Positions 12,292 through 23,593 of a stretch of 64,000 bases of DNA are shown piece by piece. Location of the stretch: NCBI GenBank assembly GCA_054600435.1, contig BAAIJX010000008.1, forward strand, positions 248,001 to 312,000, in the 5' to 3' direction. The position numbers were made by a program, and so were the translations under genes. This stretch comes from Neophaeotheca triangularis (lineage: Eukaryota). How positions within the stretch are numbered: position 1 is the stretch's first letter; every line of letters begins with the position of its first letter. The notes under the pieces are model-generated. The model ran no database searches and was not told where the DNA came from. It worked only from the letters and a program-made list of their open reading frames with translations.

Positions 12292-14535
12292 ATGTCCGAC
12301 GACGATGTCTCAATATCCGGCTCGAGCTCCGAGGAGGATCTCGCAACCACGGGCCTCATAGCAACGCGCGAACGCCGCAGCACAGCCGGCAACCGCATCG
12401 CAGACCTCCTCGCCAACCTCGACGATGAGGAATTGCAGAAGGAACTCCTAGGCGACGAGGAAGATGACGCGGAGGACTACGAAGGCAGCGACAAAGGCTC
12501 CGATGAAGACGATGCTCTCGATTCCTCGAGCGATGACGAGGACGCCGCGGCAGCTGTGGAAGACGAGGGGCTGGAGGAGAAGGAGATCAAGCGTGCCGAG
12601 AGGATGGAGGCGAAGAGGAAACGTAAAGCGCAGGATGCGCGGTTGAAATTGCCTGCGGCGTTGAAGAAGAGGGGCGAGAAGAGGGTTAAGCTTGCTGACG
12701 CTGCTGGAGGGGAGGAAGGGCAGGATGTGGAAGTGGGCGAGGGTGTTGCACCCGCGCGGCCGAAGAAGAAGAGCGAGCGCGTTTCCTGGCTCCCCACTGC
12801 TGAAGATGCGCCTACGAGACAGAGTCGGCGCGCCGCGGCTGTCACGAACCGCGAGACGACTAGGGCGAATCTTGAGGAGCAGGCGAAGCGCTCCGAGAAG
12901 CAAAAGAGTTTTATGCGCGATGCGGCGGTTAGGGAGAAGAGTACGCGTCGGATGCAGTTGACGCTTGAGCAGCGATTGGAGAAGATGAGGAGGATTGAGA
13001 AGGAGACTGCGAGGGATTTGGGACGGTTTGAGAGGGAGGAGGCCGAGAGGGTTAGGTTGAGGGAGGAGGCCTTGGCGGCTAAGCGGAGGAGGGGGATTGA
13101 GGGGCCTGTAACGCGGTTGTGGAGTGGAAGTGCTGTTTGGGAGGGCGGTAAGGTTACGGGCAATTGGAAGATGAAGGTTAAGAGGGTTGAAGGGGGCAGT
13201 AAGGCCGTGGAGGAGATCGAGGAGATGGTTGCGCCCAAGAAGCAGGAGGCCGACGAGGCGAAGGTAACGGAGGAGCCAAATATTGTGGACATGGGTAAGG
13301 CGGGTGAGGCAGTTGACGTGCCGGAGAAGCACAGCCTTCAGCCAGAGGCTGCTAAGCCCGCCAGCGTGCAAGGAACACAGACGGTAAGTCTCCCAACGCG
13401 ATTTGCTTCTGCATCGCAAACTCACCCAGAACAGCCAGCCGCCATGGATTCGCCTTCGGTCTCGAGTAATGCCGGACAGTCCACACAACCTCAGTCGACA
13501 AATGTCACACCGCCTAAACCACAACAGGGCGACGCACACCCAGCTACTCAACCCCTAACCCAGCCCTCGTCGGTATCGTGGCTTCAAGGCATACAGGAGT
13601 ATGCCACGCAGCCGAGCGTACAATCTCAGTCAGGGGTGTCGACTGCGGCGGCGCAACCTCCGCAACATCCCCATCAGCAATTGCAAGCGCCTTATACCCC
13701 TAGTGCGCCGGCTCTTAACGCAGCACCTCAACCACCACCATCGAACGCACCCCCACCGTATGCTCCTCTCGCATCCGCCCTCCCTGGCGCACAACTACCG
13801 CCATCGAAGACCCTTCAGCCCTCGACCTCTACGTACCCAACCTGGCCACCAGGACAAGGCGCCTTCTCCATCAACCAACCGTCCACAACCGCGACGCCCA
13901 CACCCCTAACACCAGTAGCCCCTCCCCCTCCCCCCGAACCCCTGATCCGGGAACAAGCCCTCCGAACCCTACTAATCCTGGAATCTTTTCCCTCGCTCTC
14001 AGAACCTACAATAACCGAAAAGCCCAGCCGCCGCAGCACCTCCAAAGCCGCCACCCAAACCAACCCCCTAGACCCCACACCCCTATCCACCACCCTCCTT
14101 GGCCCCGACGCCTATCCGACCTTTACCCCCTCCCAACGTACTTACCTAACAGCCCGCCACCGCACGCAGAAAAAGGAACCAGTGATGCCGCCCGCGCCTC
14201 CCGCTCTCATGTGCTCCGTCCAGCATACTGTCAAAGCCAAGTATAGGGATGCGAAGACCGGGTTAGGTTACGCGGACTTGCATGCGTACAAGGGTTTGCA
14301 GCGGGTCTTGGCAGGTGGGACCATGTGGAGTGCGTTGTTAGGGTGCTGGGTTGGGCCGAGTTATGGGGCTATGGGGCGGCCGGCTAGGGGCGTTGTTGAG
14401 GGGTTTGCTGGGCCGGTTCCAGAGAAGAAGGAAGTGGGAAAGGTTAAGGATAAGGAGAAGGAGAAGGAGAAGGAGAAGGAGAAAATTGTTGGTGGAGACG
14501 GGGATGGGGATGTGAAGATGGAGGGCGCTGCTTGA
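12292..14535 (+). CDS. VPS72: YL1 family SWR1-complex subunit
   Basis: N-terminal RERRSTAGNR motif followed by an acidic tract; C-terminal YL1_C motif AKYRDAKTGLGYAD..AYK. Confidence 0.85.
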   Translation: MSDDDVSISGSSSEEDLATTGLIATRERRSTAGNRIADLLANLDDEELQKELLGDEEDDAEDYEGSDKGSDEDDALDSSSDDEDAAAAVEDEGLEEKEIKRAERMEAKRKRKAQDARLKLPAALKKRGEKRVKLADAAGGEEGQDVEVGEGVAPARPKKKSERVSWLPTAEDAPTRQSRRAAAVTNRETTRANLEEQAKRSEKQKSFMRDAAVREKSTRRMQLTLEQRLEKMRRIEKETARDLGRFEREEAERVRLREEALAAKRRRGIEGPVTRLWSGSAVWEGGKVTGNWKMKVKRVEGGSKAVEEIEEMVAPKKQEADEAKVTEEPNIVDMGKAGEAVDVPEKHSLQPEAAKPASVQGTQTVSLPTRFASASQTHPEQPAAMDSPSVSSNAGQSTQPQSTNVTPPKPQQGDAHPATQPLTQPSSVSWLQGIQEYATQPSVQSQSGVSTAAAQPPQHPHQQLQAPYTPSAPALNAAPQPPPSNAPPPYAPLASALPGAQLPPSKTLQPSTSTYPTWPPGQGAFSINQPSTTATPTPLTPVAPPPPPEPLIREQALRTLLILESFPSLSEPTITEKPSRRSTSKAATQTNPLDPTPLSTTLLGPDAYPTFTPSQRTYLTARHRTQKKEPVMPPAPPALMCSVQHTVKAKYRDAKTGLGYADLHAYKGLQRVLAGGTMWSALLGCWVGPSYGAMGRPARGVVEGFAGPVPEKKEVGKVKDKEKEKEKEKEKIVGGDGDGDVKMEGAA

Positions 14536-15576
14536 GCTGGACGCGGGAGCTGACTTGGTCTGAGATCTCTTGATGCTGATGCAGAAGCCTTGACTACTTA
14601 CGCCGAGCTGTCCAGAGACGCATGAATATAGTGCAAAGGGCATACTGGCCGAACGTGGTTATTGCCCGAGACGATTCTGCGATGCTTCCACGTGATGCCG
14701 CCTTGGACACGAAGCAAAGGCTTTCATGCCCACCTAAACACCTTACCGCTGCGGCTAGTGGGCCATCTGCACCACCATCTCGAGCTTCCTACCAATAATT
14801 ATAAGATCTCCTAGCTTATGGCAGACAAGGCGAACGAGTTAATGACACCCTCCCTGGCTTTGTCCCGCCGCTGTATACCCCCATCAAGCTTCCGTAAACG
14901 CTCTACTCTCTAGCTTCGAGCAAGTACAGTTGTACCCGTTTGTCTTCATTTTCGCTGCCTTAAAATATCCTAGAACGCTTACGTGTCCTACACAGCCGTT
15001 CAACATAGTCAGTAGATGGACACCTGCCTTCTCTTGCTTTAAAGCAATTCGTGCTCTTTCCGACTTCTACGTGGGCAATAAAGGCGGCTGCACGTGCTAA
15101 AACCACGGCTGATATAAGTCTGCTCCTGCTAGCTACTCTCTCTTCCTCTTAAGCACTACCACATCTACCTCTTTCTCTTTCTCTAACAGAACTCTCCTAC
15201 TTCCAGCTTTCCAATCTTGGAATACCACTACTGTCACCACCATTCCAGAAACCCCTGACTGCTCTCTTTCCACAGTTACCCTCCACGGCTCTTGGGATCT
15301 ACTTAAGTACATCTCATCTACTACCTAGTTTCTACGACACTACTTTCTACGGCACGAAGCTAGGGTACGTGGCCTCTTACTGTGCTATCTAGTGCTTCCA
15401 AGCCGCGATATACTAACTGAAATATAGACCAGTCTGGCGGATAGCTCGACATCCTCGACATACTACCATCTCACTGCCACATCTCGCTGGGGTAAGACCA
15501 GAGAGCGATTCCTGCTGCTACGGCAACTTCGACTACAGGACGACTGTCAACTCCAAAACCTCGGGGACTTGCCACG

Positions 15577-16748
15577 ATGCAGCTCGTTCTACTCCTCTTC
15601 GTGGCTTTGAGCGTGCTGTGCGATGCGGTCACCTTAAGCCATCGGAGAACGAACTTGATGAAACGCCAGGAAGAGAATCACCCCTCGAAGTTGAGCCTCG
15701 CTAGCTCCTCAGCGTCGTCGAGCTCCATGATTGTCACATCCACCGAGTTATCTGCCACCATGTGGGCTACTGGGACCGACTCTCTAGATCCTGCAACTAC
15801 CTCCTCCCACCCCACGGGCACAGACATAACAACCGCGACGTCATCGACCTATACCTCTGCAAGCCCTAGTCCTTCCCAATGTCAGGGTTCCGTAAAACCC
15901 TGGCCAAACAATGGACATATTATATGGTGTACTGAGACCATTAGTCAGGGCGATATGGTTGAGCCCCTGATGGAGGCTGCTTACGCGGTATGGCAATTCG
16001 GTGGACTCGGAAAAAACCTACCAGGCAAGCCTAGTCTCACTCGAACTAAAGTCCCTTGCCGTCAATTGCCAACAACCCACTTCCTCAACGTGAGCCACAA
16101 AGCCGGGGAACCATGGAAATCAGTAAACCTTCAGACAAACGGCTTCTTGGAAGGGTGTAATCATCTGGAATTGACGCGAACCAGCATGGTCATTTCACGC
16201 GAAGTCGCTCGAGCGGTGAGTGGCATCACCCTGCAGCAGAGTGTACGCCAGCCCGAGACCTTGCTAACGAATCCTCAACACTAAAGTTGGGACAGGTCTG
16301 GGGCCTTCCTTTGGAGACTCAGAAGAGGCAACTATGGGAGCTTGGCACGTTCGCGATGAGATGTGAAGCCTTCAGCTTCATGGAAGACCGGTTTTTGGAG
16401 GACGACGAGGAAAAGGCTCTCCGCATTCAAGCGTGCAGCAACCAGACACTTGCTAGTTCGGAAGGACTGCCCGTGGCAATGTATCAGCCCATCGAGAACA
16501 AGAGCTGGCCCGGACTCACTCAGCCCCACTATTTGGACGTGGATTCCTTGATGCTCTTCGGGTCGACGGAATTCGCTCGTAAGCAACGCGAAGATTCGGA
16601 AGACTATGTTGACGTCCTGTGGTACAAAGAGCCCGGCGGAACGTTCAAGCAAATCTCAGAAAGATCTGGACCTTCCGAGGGTGACATTGAGCGGCTACAG
16701 AAGATATACACCGGCGTCATCCCTGGCGTCTGGAACGATGTACCTTGA
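15577..16748 (+). CDS. Secreted protein with Ser/Thr-rich linker and astacin/metzincin-like domain, apparently catalytically dead; 2 exons (15577-16215, 16287-16748)
   Basis: Signal peptide MQLVLLLFVALSVLCDA, KR site, S/T linker; intron GTGAGT..GCTAAC..AAG (71 nt) joins the two ORFs in frame; Met-turn-like DSLMLFGS and astacin-like end PSEGDIERLQKIY. Confidence 0.6.
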
Positions 16749-17244
16749 GTTCGACTGCGGTAATGCTGAAACAGCGGATGAGCCGGTCCGTGGATCGATG
16801 AGCACGGGGTCGACGAGAATTGAGGCGATACTCTGATCATGCAGGCATAGCAGACACTACTGCGGTCACTTTGTCAGGCAAGACGAGTGAAAAGAAAAAA
16901 CGGTTGGCTGACTTGTCGGGGGCTGGGGGAGAGAGAAGGTACTACCCAGACTGACCAGACCACCATGTACTAAGAAAGGAGCGTTGATATTTTGAGCTGA
17001 GACTCCACATTCACACGCCCACGAACACCTCGATTCTCACCGTGGACACGTGGCAATCGTCAGTCTTGTTGCAAGTACGTGTACCTCATAACAGCTGGGT
17101 GTCTACGATTCCAGGGTTGAGTACAGCTTCAAGGTAGAATTCCAAATGTTCGGCAGGCCGTAGCAAGTAATTCTCTATGGAAGCGAGGCACATCACTCGT
17201 CAAGCAAGCCATTGCCGAGCATACTAAACAAAATGCTCACCCAT

Positions 17245-19341
17245 TCAATCAAAATCACCCGCACCCCTCACCTTTTGCTTCTGCTTCCCCCTCTTGTTCC
17301 CCTTGAAATGTTTCTTCGAACTTCCAGCTTTCAGCTCACCGGGATCGACATCCTTCTCCAATGCCTGCAGCGTGTTCAACTTCCGCCCAGTTAACGACTT
17401 CCCCTGCTCGCTATATTTGTAATGGAAAGGCTGAGCGAGCTCGCCACCACGCTGCCCAGGCCCAAAGAACTGCTTGTCCAGCCTTTGGCCCTTTGCGCCT
17501 TGTGGAGGGGGCATGGGAACCATGTCCGGGTCGTCCATGAGCGAGGGGTCCTCGGTGTTGCTGGTGATGGAGGCCTCAGTGGAAGCGGCGATCGCTGCGC
17601 GACGCTTTTGCGGCAGGTGGTCGAAGTCGTAGAGTCCCCTGTTGAACTCGCGCGCGTCGATTGGTGGGTCCGATGGCGGCGGCTGGCAGAAGAGCAGCTT
17701 GCCTTTGACGTAATCTTTCAGGACGTAGCGGGCTGCGCGGGACTCGTCGGGGTTGCCTTGACCTTGGGTGGAGAAGCCGCGAGCGCGAGCGTAGGCGCGG
17801 AGCATTTCCTCGCCGGTGGGGATGCCGGTGCCGCCTTCTTCAAGAGGTCGCGTTGGTATCCGCATTCCGTAGATGGCTTCTAGGAAGCTTTGGGGGATGC
17901 GCTGGGCGACGAGACCCGCGGGGCCTGTGTACTCGCGCAACTGGTCGATGGGCAAGATGCCGTTGCAGACAAGCTCGGCTTTGGTGGAGGCGAAGTTGGG
18001 GAACACCAGACCAGGGCAATCGCAGAGGACAACCTTGTGCGATAGATGAATGGTTTGGAAGTGCTTCGTCTTACCCGGTGTTGCTGAGACGGACACCTTC
18101 TTGGCGCCTAGCAAGGCGTTGATAGTGGACGATTTACCAACGTTAGGGTAACCAACCAGGCCAATCTGGGTCTTGCGCTCCGGGAAGTCGGGATCGGAGT
18201 GAGATGGCGCGTCAGGCGAGTGTTGCAAGAACAGGTCCTCGATGTCGTCTGTAGTTAAGATCCTCGTTTGCTCCTCGAGCGACATCGGCAAGGCATCTGA
18301 CAATGGCTCAACTTCAACCTTCTCCTCGTCTGCCCACTCGCTCTCCTTGTCCCTTTTGTCCTGGAGATCGATTCTCCTCGCTTCTTCGGCGAGAGTGTTG
18401 CCGTCGCCATCAAGCTCCTCAGCAACTTCGTCTTGATCAACCAAGCCATCGGGGACTTCGGGGTCATCGCTCTCGGCAGACGAGTCACTGTCGTCTCCGG
18501 GCTTTGTTTGGCCCTCGCCCTCTCCCTCGCCTTCCTCCAACTCCCTCGCCTCGTTCATCTCCTTCGCAAGTTCAGCCGAAAAGAAACGAAAATTGATCTT
18601 GCGCGCCATGAAGTACTCAGCCCACAGTTTCCTTTGATCATGAGTCAACATATCAGCCTTGTTGACGAGCAATAAATTCCTCTTGCGCTTATCGAGCTCC
18701 TTGACGTATTTCTCGAGATCCTCGCAGCGGAACATCAACGGGTGGCGAGCATCCACAATCTGGACGACCAAATCTGAGCGCTCGATGACTCGCCACAATT
18801 GCCGCCAAACCTCGAGATTCCTTTCAAAGGGTGTCATGAGCAGATCGTCCACCTCCTGCAGCTCTGCAAGCGATCGCCTCCACTGCAGCAAACTCTCGCG
18901 CTCCCTCACGTCCAGCTCGCTCGCCTTCATGTCCGAGCTCCATGGCGGCCGCCTGGGGATAGTCAAGCGCGCCCTTTTTGCATTCTGCTTCTTGACAACG
19001 CCGCGTTCCTCCTCTCGACTGAGCAAGTATGGGTTCTTCTGATCCTGGTGAATGATCTTGACATTGTTCATCTTTTCGGCAGTGAAATCTGTTCCCGCAA
19101 GCTCGGCCGTTGACAAAAATTCGTCGAGAGCGCCTTGCTCAGTAACAGAGCGCATCTTGACCCAATCGGCCTCCTTTTTGTTGTTTGTGACATAGGTCTC
19201 GCCAAACTGATCGGTACGCTTGATTCCTCCCTGAGGTGCGGTGCCGCCCTTGTGCATGTTCGACGCCTTGCCTTTGCCAAAGCGGTCGTTCATGAGACTG
19301 TTGCCCAGCCCGACGGCATTCTTGCTCTTTGCCAACACCAT
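17245..19341 (-). CDS. LSG1: Large-subunit (60S export) circularly permuted GTPase
   Basis: TPFERNLEVWRQLWRVIERSD, NKAD (G4), GYPNVGKSS (G1), TPGKTKHFQT, DCPG (G3). Confidence 0.97.
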   Translation of the reverse strand: MVLAKSKNAVGLGNSLMNDRFGKGKASNMHKGGTAPQGGIKRTDQFGETYVTNNKKEADWVKMRSVTEQGALDEFLSTAELAGTDFTAEKMNNVKIIHQDQKNPYLLSREEERGVVKKQNAKRARLTIPRRPPWSSDMKASELDVRERESLLQWRRSLAELQEVDDLLMTPFERNLEVWRQLWRVIERSDLVVQIVDARHPLMFRCEDLEKYVKELDKRKRNLLLVNKADMLTHDQRKLWAEYFMARKINFRFFSAELAKEMNEARELEEGEGEGEGQTKPGDDSDSSAESDDPEVPDGLVDQDEVAEELDGDGNTLAEEARRIDLQDKRDKESEWADEEKVEVEPLSDALPMSLEEQTRILTTDDIEDLFLQHSPDAPSHSDPDFPERKTQIGLVGYPNVGKSSTINALLGAKKVSVSATPGKTKHFQTIHLSHKVVLCDCPGLVFPNFASTKAELVCNGILPIDQLREYTGPAGLVAQRIPQSFLEAIYGMRIPTRPLEEGGTGIPTGEEMLRAYARARGFSTQGQGNPDESRAARYVLKDYVKGKLLFCQPPPSDPPIDAREFNRGLYDFDHLPQKRRAAIAASTEASITSNTEDPSLMDDPDMVPMPPPQGAKGQRLDKQFFGPGQRGGELAQPFHYKYSEQGKSLTGRKLNTLQALEKDVDPGELKAGSSKKHFKGNKRGKQKQKVRGAGDFD

Positions 19342-19605
19342 GCTGGCGATCTACTGCGATCGTATGGCGGCTATCGACAGTGTTAGGATTCCTTACCAGG
19401 AAAGGTCGGTATGTGTAGGAGGAACGGGCGCAGACACAAATGCTACGAGGAGAGTCAAGCGAAGACGTCACTGGCGCCAAGAGTTTCGATAAATTTCACG
19501 CTGAATAAGCGCGAGCTTTAGCGTACCTTCACCTTCCAGAGCCTTCATCTTTCGAACTTCAACCTTTACCTTCCGTCGTCCCTATTACCACGAGGACTGC
19601 CAGGA

Positions 19606-20522
19606 ATGGCATCAATCGTGAGCAAGACGGCAATGACGCCCCATGAAGAGGATGAAATGTCTGACGAGCAGATGGAGGAGCTTCTCGCACAAGCGACACA
19701 GCGTCTGCGCGAAAAAGAAGCTTCCCAGCAGCTTGTCAAGACGGACTCGAAAGACACCTTCACCTTTCCCAAACTCAACGCTGGTCAGCTCGAGAAGCCA
19801 TACACCACTACGCAGAATGGTGTCGCCCGGGTAGACTCTCCCAGACTGCTCCAGGAGCAAGATCGGAAGCAAGCAAACGGCACTAGGAAGGTTGAGGACC
19901 CTGTTGCAGCGAAGAAGCTGGCACTCGAGGTATGTTTCGCGTTGCGCATTTCTCCTATTTGTCTATGAGGAAAATTATCCCAATCTTTTTCTTGAGCAGA
20001 GTTCGGGTACCGTTTTGGTGCCTTTCTGCATTAGTGAGAGCCATTTCAATCATAGTTACTCTGAGACAACGCCCTCACATTTAAGTTCTGTCGGGAAACT
20101 GTTGTCGTTCTCAACGCTGACATGTTCAATAGCAGAAGAAAGCAACAGCAGGGGACAAGTGGTTCAACATGCCACGTACAGATCTTACGCCGGAACTCAA
20201 GCGTGACCTTCAGCTTTTGAAGATGCGTAATGTTCTTGACCCGCACCGTCACTACAAGAAGGATGGTGGTAAGATGAAGGCGCCAGAGTACAGTCAGGTT
20301 GGCACTATCGTCGAAGGGCCTACCGAGTACTTCACTGGACGAGTCGAGAACAAGAAGCGGAAGAGGACCTTCGTCGAAGAGGTCCTTGCCGGCGAGCAAG
20401 AGAATGGCAGATTCAAGAAGAAGTACGGAGATGTGCAGGGCAAAAAGACGAGTGGAAAGAAAGCCTTCTACAAGTCGCTCAAGGATCAGAGGAAAGGCGG
20501 CATCAAGAAAGGCTCTGGCTGA
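19606..20522 (+). CDS. FCF2: rRNA-processing protein; 2 exons (19606-19929, 20133-20522)
   Basis: TAGDKWFNMPRTDLTPELKRDLQLLKMRNVLDPHRHYKK Fcf2 motif after removing intron GTATGT(19930)..GCTGAC..TAG(20132). Confidence 0.93.
19959..20069 (+). ncRNA. Intronic box C/D snoRNA, snR63/SNORD46(U46)-like, predicted guide for LSU rRNA 2'-O-methylation at yeast-numbered A2256
   Basis: Terminal stem TTGTCT/AGACAA, box C-like ATGAGGA (19965-19971), box D CTGA (20061-20064) preceded by TCATAGTTACT, which is complementary to conserved helix-69 AGUAACUAUGA; the D+5 rule points at the second A of GUAAC. Confidence 0.85.
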
Positions 20523-20554
20523 AAGATGCTATTGTCTTACGCCTTTTTCGATGC

Positions 20555-21647
20555 TTACAACTCCGACACGATCCGCATGACGAGCCCTTGCATGTCAATG
20601 GCAGCTTGCTTGCCTGCCTCCAGGACCTCCAAGTGGTTCGCGCGGCCTCTACTCATGTACTCATCGAGCTGCTCGCGACTCATCCCTGCCACTTCTGGGC
20701 TATCACCCCTCACCACGGGCTCCAGCACAGCATTGTTTGTCACAAGACTGAACCCCAACACGCGCATACCCGAGTGCCGAGCAGCAACAATCTCTGGCAC
20801 AGTCGACATGCCTACGAGATCAGCACCAAAGCCCCGCAGCATCCTGCACTCGGTCCTAGTCTCGTATGAGGGGCCAGCTACAAAGGCGTAGACTCCCTCG
20901 TGCATCTTTCTTTGACTGGGCGACTGTTGGCGAAGATCTTTCCATGAGCGGTGGGCCAGCATGCGGAGGGAGAGGTCATAGGCATCACTCAGCGGCGGGA
21001 ACCGAGTACCGAACTCTTCCTCGTTGATGCCTCTCAGAGGATGGAAGCCAACAAGGCCTGCCATATTCAAATGGTCGTTGAGGCAGACGATGTCGCCGAC
21101 GCTGTAGTCTGGGTTCAAACCACCCGCCGCGTTTGTCAGGATCATCGTCTCAACTTCCAACACACTGCAGATCCTAGTAGCAAAGGTCACGACATCCATA
21201 GCATGTCCTTCGTAGAAACTGAATGGATAAAAAGATGAGCATGAATTCTCAGTCTATGTAGCAAGTGACCAAGTGGTGGTACTGACTGCGCTCTGCCCAC
21301 CAATAACACCACCGGCACTTGTTGCGGACCCATCGTGCCGAACATCATTCTCCCTTCATGGCCAGCGACTGCGCTCAGAGTCAGGAAAGACCAAGGATAC
21401 GCAAATGAGGCCAACCAAAGTTCCCAACAACTTGATCCCAGCCCTGCAAAAACCTACCTCGACTCAACGGCATATTCGGCACATCCTTGTAAGCAAAGTC
21501 GACAAACCCCTCATTCACCGTCGTGGTCAACCCGCCCAGCCCACTCCCACAAACGATAGCCACGCGAGGCCTGCTCAAGTCCTGGGGGAGTTTGTGCCGC
21601 AGGAACTCGACCGTCTCGACGGCTTTCTCGTAGACGCTGCTGGTCAT
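20555..21647 (-). CDS. PNP1: Purine nucleoside phosphorylase; 3 exons (21647-21458, 21368-21287, 21218-20555)
   Basis: IVCGSGLGG, VAGHEG, GRAHFYEG (across intron), TNAAGG, GPSYET, GMSTVPE, SLVTN. Confidence 0.95.
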
Positions 21648-22075
21648 GTCGTCGTGGGCGTCGCTGAAGAAGTGCGAGAGGTGCGTAGCGCTGTGGTAGA
21701 GGGAGACGAGGTTGTGGACGAGGTCCATTTGAAGAAAAAGGGACCGAGAGGGTTTGGAGAGGGGGAGCGTTTGGCTTTTTGGGTCGGTGGTGAGCCTCTA
21801 CTACTGCTAGGGGTGGAGGCCGCCAAGCTTCGGTGCTCGCCGCAGCTGCGGTCTAAACTTTGCGGTTTGCAGTGGTGGGGTGGGGAGCGAGGTGACGTTG
21901 GAAGAGCGCCAAGATTTCCGGCGAGGCGTGGGAATTTGTTGAAAGGACCTTGATCGGTTCGGCTGTGAATAATTCACGATTTTTACAACGACAACATCAG
22001 TTTTGCGCGGGTTCGGTTGGAGAGAATCTCTACACATTACTGCAGCCTGTGAATCTCCGTGAGGAACCGCCCAAA

Positions 22076-23593
22076 ATGCCTCGCCGCAAATTCATCGACA
22101 AGAAAAACGCGACGACTTTTTCCCTCGTGCACCGCGCGCAAAATGACCCCCTCATCAACGACGAAAATGCCCCCTCCATGGTCTTTACCGAAAAGCAGTC
22201 CAAACACCAACCCACTGATGAAGATGAAGAGCCCACTTCCTCGGCAGCTTCGATGCTCTCGGGCACTTCGTCCCGCTACGGCGGCGGCGGCAAGAAGATC
22301 AAGGAGCGCGGAGACCTGGAGGAGGAGTTCGGGATGAGTATTCGTAAGAACGAGGGCGAGGCTGCGGAGCACGGCATCTTCTACGATGACAGCAGTTATG
22401 ATTACATGCAGCACATGAAGGACTTGGGTAGTGGGGAGGGCGCGGTTACGTGGGTTGAGGCCACGCCTGCAGGACAGAGCGCTAAGAAGGGGAAGACAAA
22501 TTTGGAGGATGCGCTGAGGGATATGGATATCGGGAGTGCAGCGGATGCACAGAGTGTCGGTCAGAGTAGCAGTGCTTCGGCTGCGAGGAGCTTGATGCCC
22601 GACGAGGTCCTGCCTTCGGAGTTTGTGAAGAAGCGAACGTATCAGGATCAGCAGGATGTGCCGGATGAGATCGCTGGGTTTCAGCCGGATATGGATCCTC
22701 GGTTGAGAGAGGTCTTGGAGGCGTTGGAGGACGAGGAGTATGTGGATGATGAGGACGACATTTTTGGACAGCTCACGAAGGAGGGGAGGGAGGTGGAGCG
22801 CGACGAATGGGATCGTTTGGGTGAGCAGCAGGCCTTTGAGGACGATGACGAAGGATGGGAAAGTGATGATACTATCAAGCCCGGCACGCCTCCGTCCAAG
22901 GAGCCTCTAGAACTACAACTGCCAGAGGGTGAAGACGCGAAGCCGCCGGTAGACGCACAAGCGCAATTGCCAGCCGACCCGACTGAAGGCGCCTGGCTGG
23001 ATGAATTCAAGAAGTTCAAAGCAGAGGCCAAGGCAGCGAAGGCTGATGGCCCGGGGCCAGCTGTGCCCTCTACGCTTGAATCTTCAGCCCTTGGCTCTCT
23101 CGCCAGCGGTCGTCAGAAGAAGCGCAAGGGCGCAAAGACCTCTACCACTAACTACTCCATGACTTCCTCCGCTCTCCACCGCACAAACCAGCAGAGCCTT
23201 CTCGACGCTCGCTTCGACAAGATTGAAGAGTCCTACGCCGAGGACGAACTTGCAGATGATGAAGACGGTCGATTCGATGATGGGATGTCGAATGCTTCGG
23301 GCTTGACAGGCATGTCGAAGGCTTCGCACCTCAGCAAATACAGCAACATGAGCGGTCTCAGTGGCGTCTCCGGCATCTCCAGCTACAGTCGTGCTTCCGA
23401 CGCGGAAGCGCCGCAGCTCGAGCGGACGGACTTCAACAGCATCATGGACGAGTTCCTGGGCGGACACAGCAAACAGGGCAAAGCCGGCCGACGGATCAAG
23501 AAGAGCGGGTACCAGACCGGCATGGAACAGCTGGACGAGGTCCGCTCCGGTCTCGGGCCCGCGAGATTCAAGGCGACGTCCAAAGCGAGGTAG
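22076..23593 (+). CDS. LTV1: 40S biogenesis factor, low-temperature viability protein
   Basis: MPRRKFIDKK..FSLVHRAQNDP, GIFYDDSSYDYMQH, GFQPDMDPRLREVLEALED, YSMTSS motifs. Confidence 0.93.
   Translation: MPRRKFIDKKNATTFSLVHRAQNDPLINDENAPSMVFTEKQSKHQPTDEDEEPTSSAASMLSGTSSRYGGGGKKIKERGDLEEEFGMSIRKNEGEAAEHGIFYDDSSYDYMQHMKDLGSGEGAVTWVEATPAGQSAKKGKTNLEDALRDMDIGSAADAQSVGQSSSASAARSLMPDEVLPSEFVKKRTYQDQQDVPDEIAGFQPDMDPRLREVLEALEDEEYVDDEDDIFGQLTKEGREVERDEWDRLGEQQAFEDDDEGWESDDTIKPGTPPSKEPLELQLPEGEDAKPPVDAQAQLPADPTEGAWLDEFKKFKAEAKAAKADGPGPAVPSTLESSALGSLASGRQKKRKGAKTSTTNYSMTSSALHRTNQQSLLDARFDKIEESYAEDELADDEDGRFDDGMSNASGLTGMSKASHLSKYSNMSGLSGVSGISSYSRASDAEAPQLERTDFNSIMDEFLGGHSKQGKAGRRIKKSGYQTGMEQLDEVRSGLGPARFKATSKAR

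Noticed and set aside
12448..13551. Long antisense ORFs over VPS72 and other GC-rich genes
   Set aside because: Expected shadow ORFs from codon bias; no motifs.
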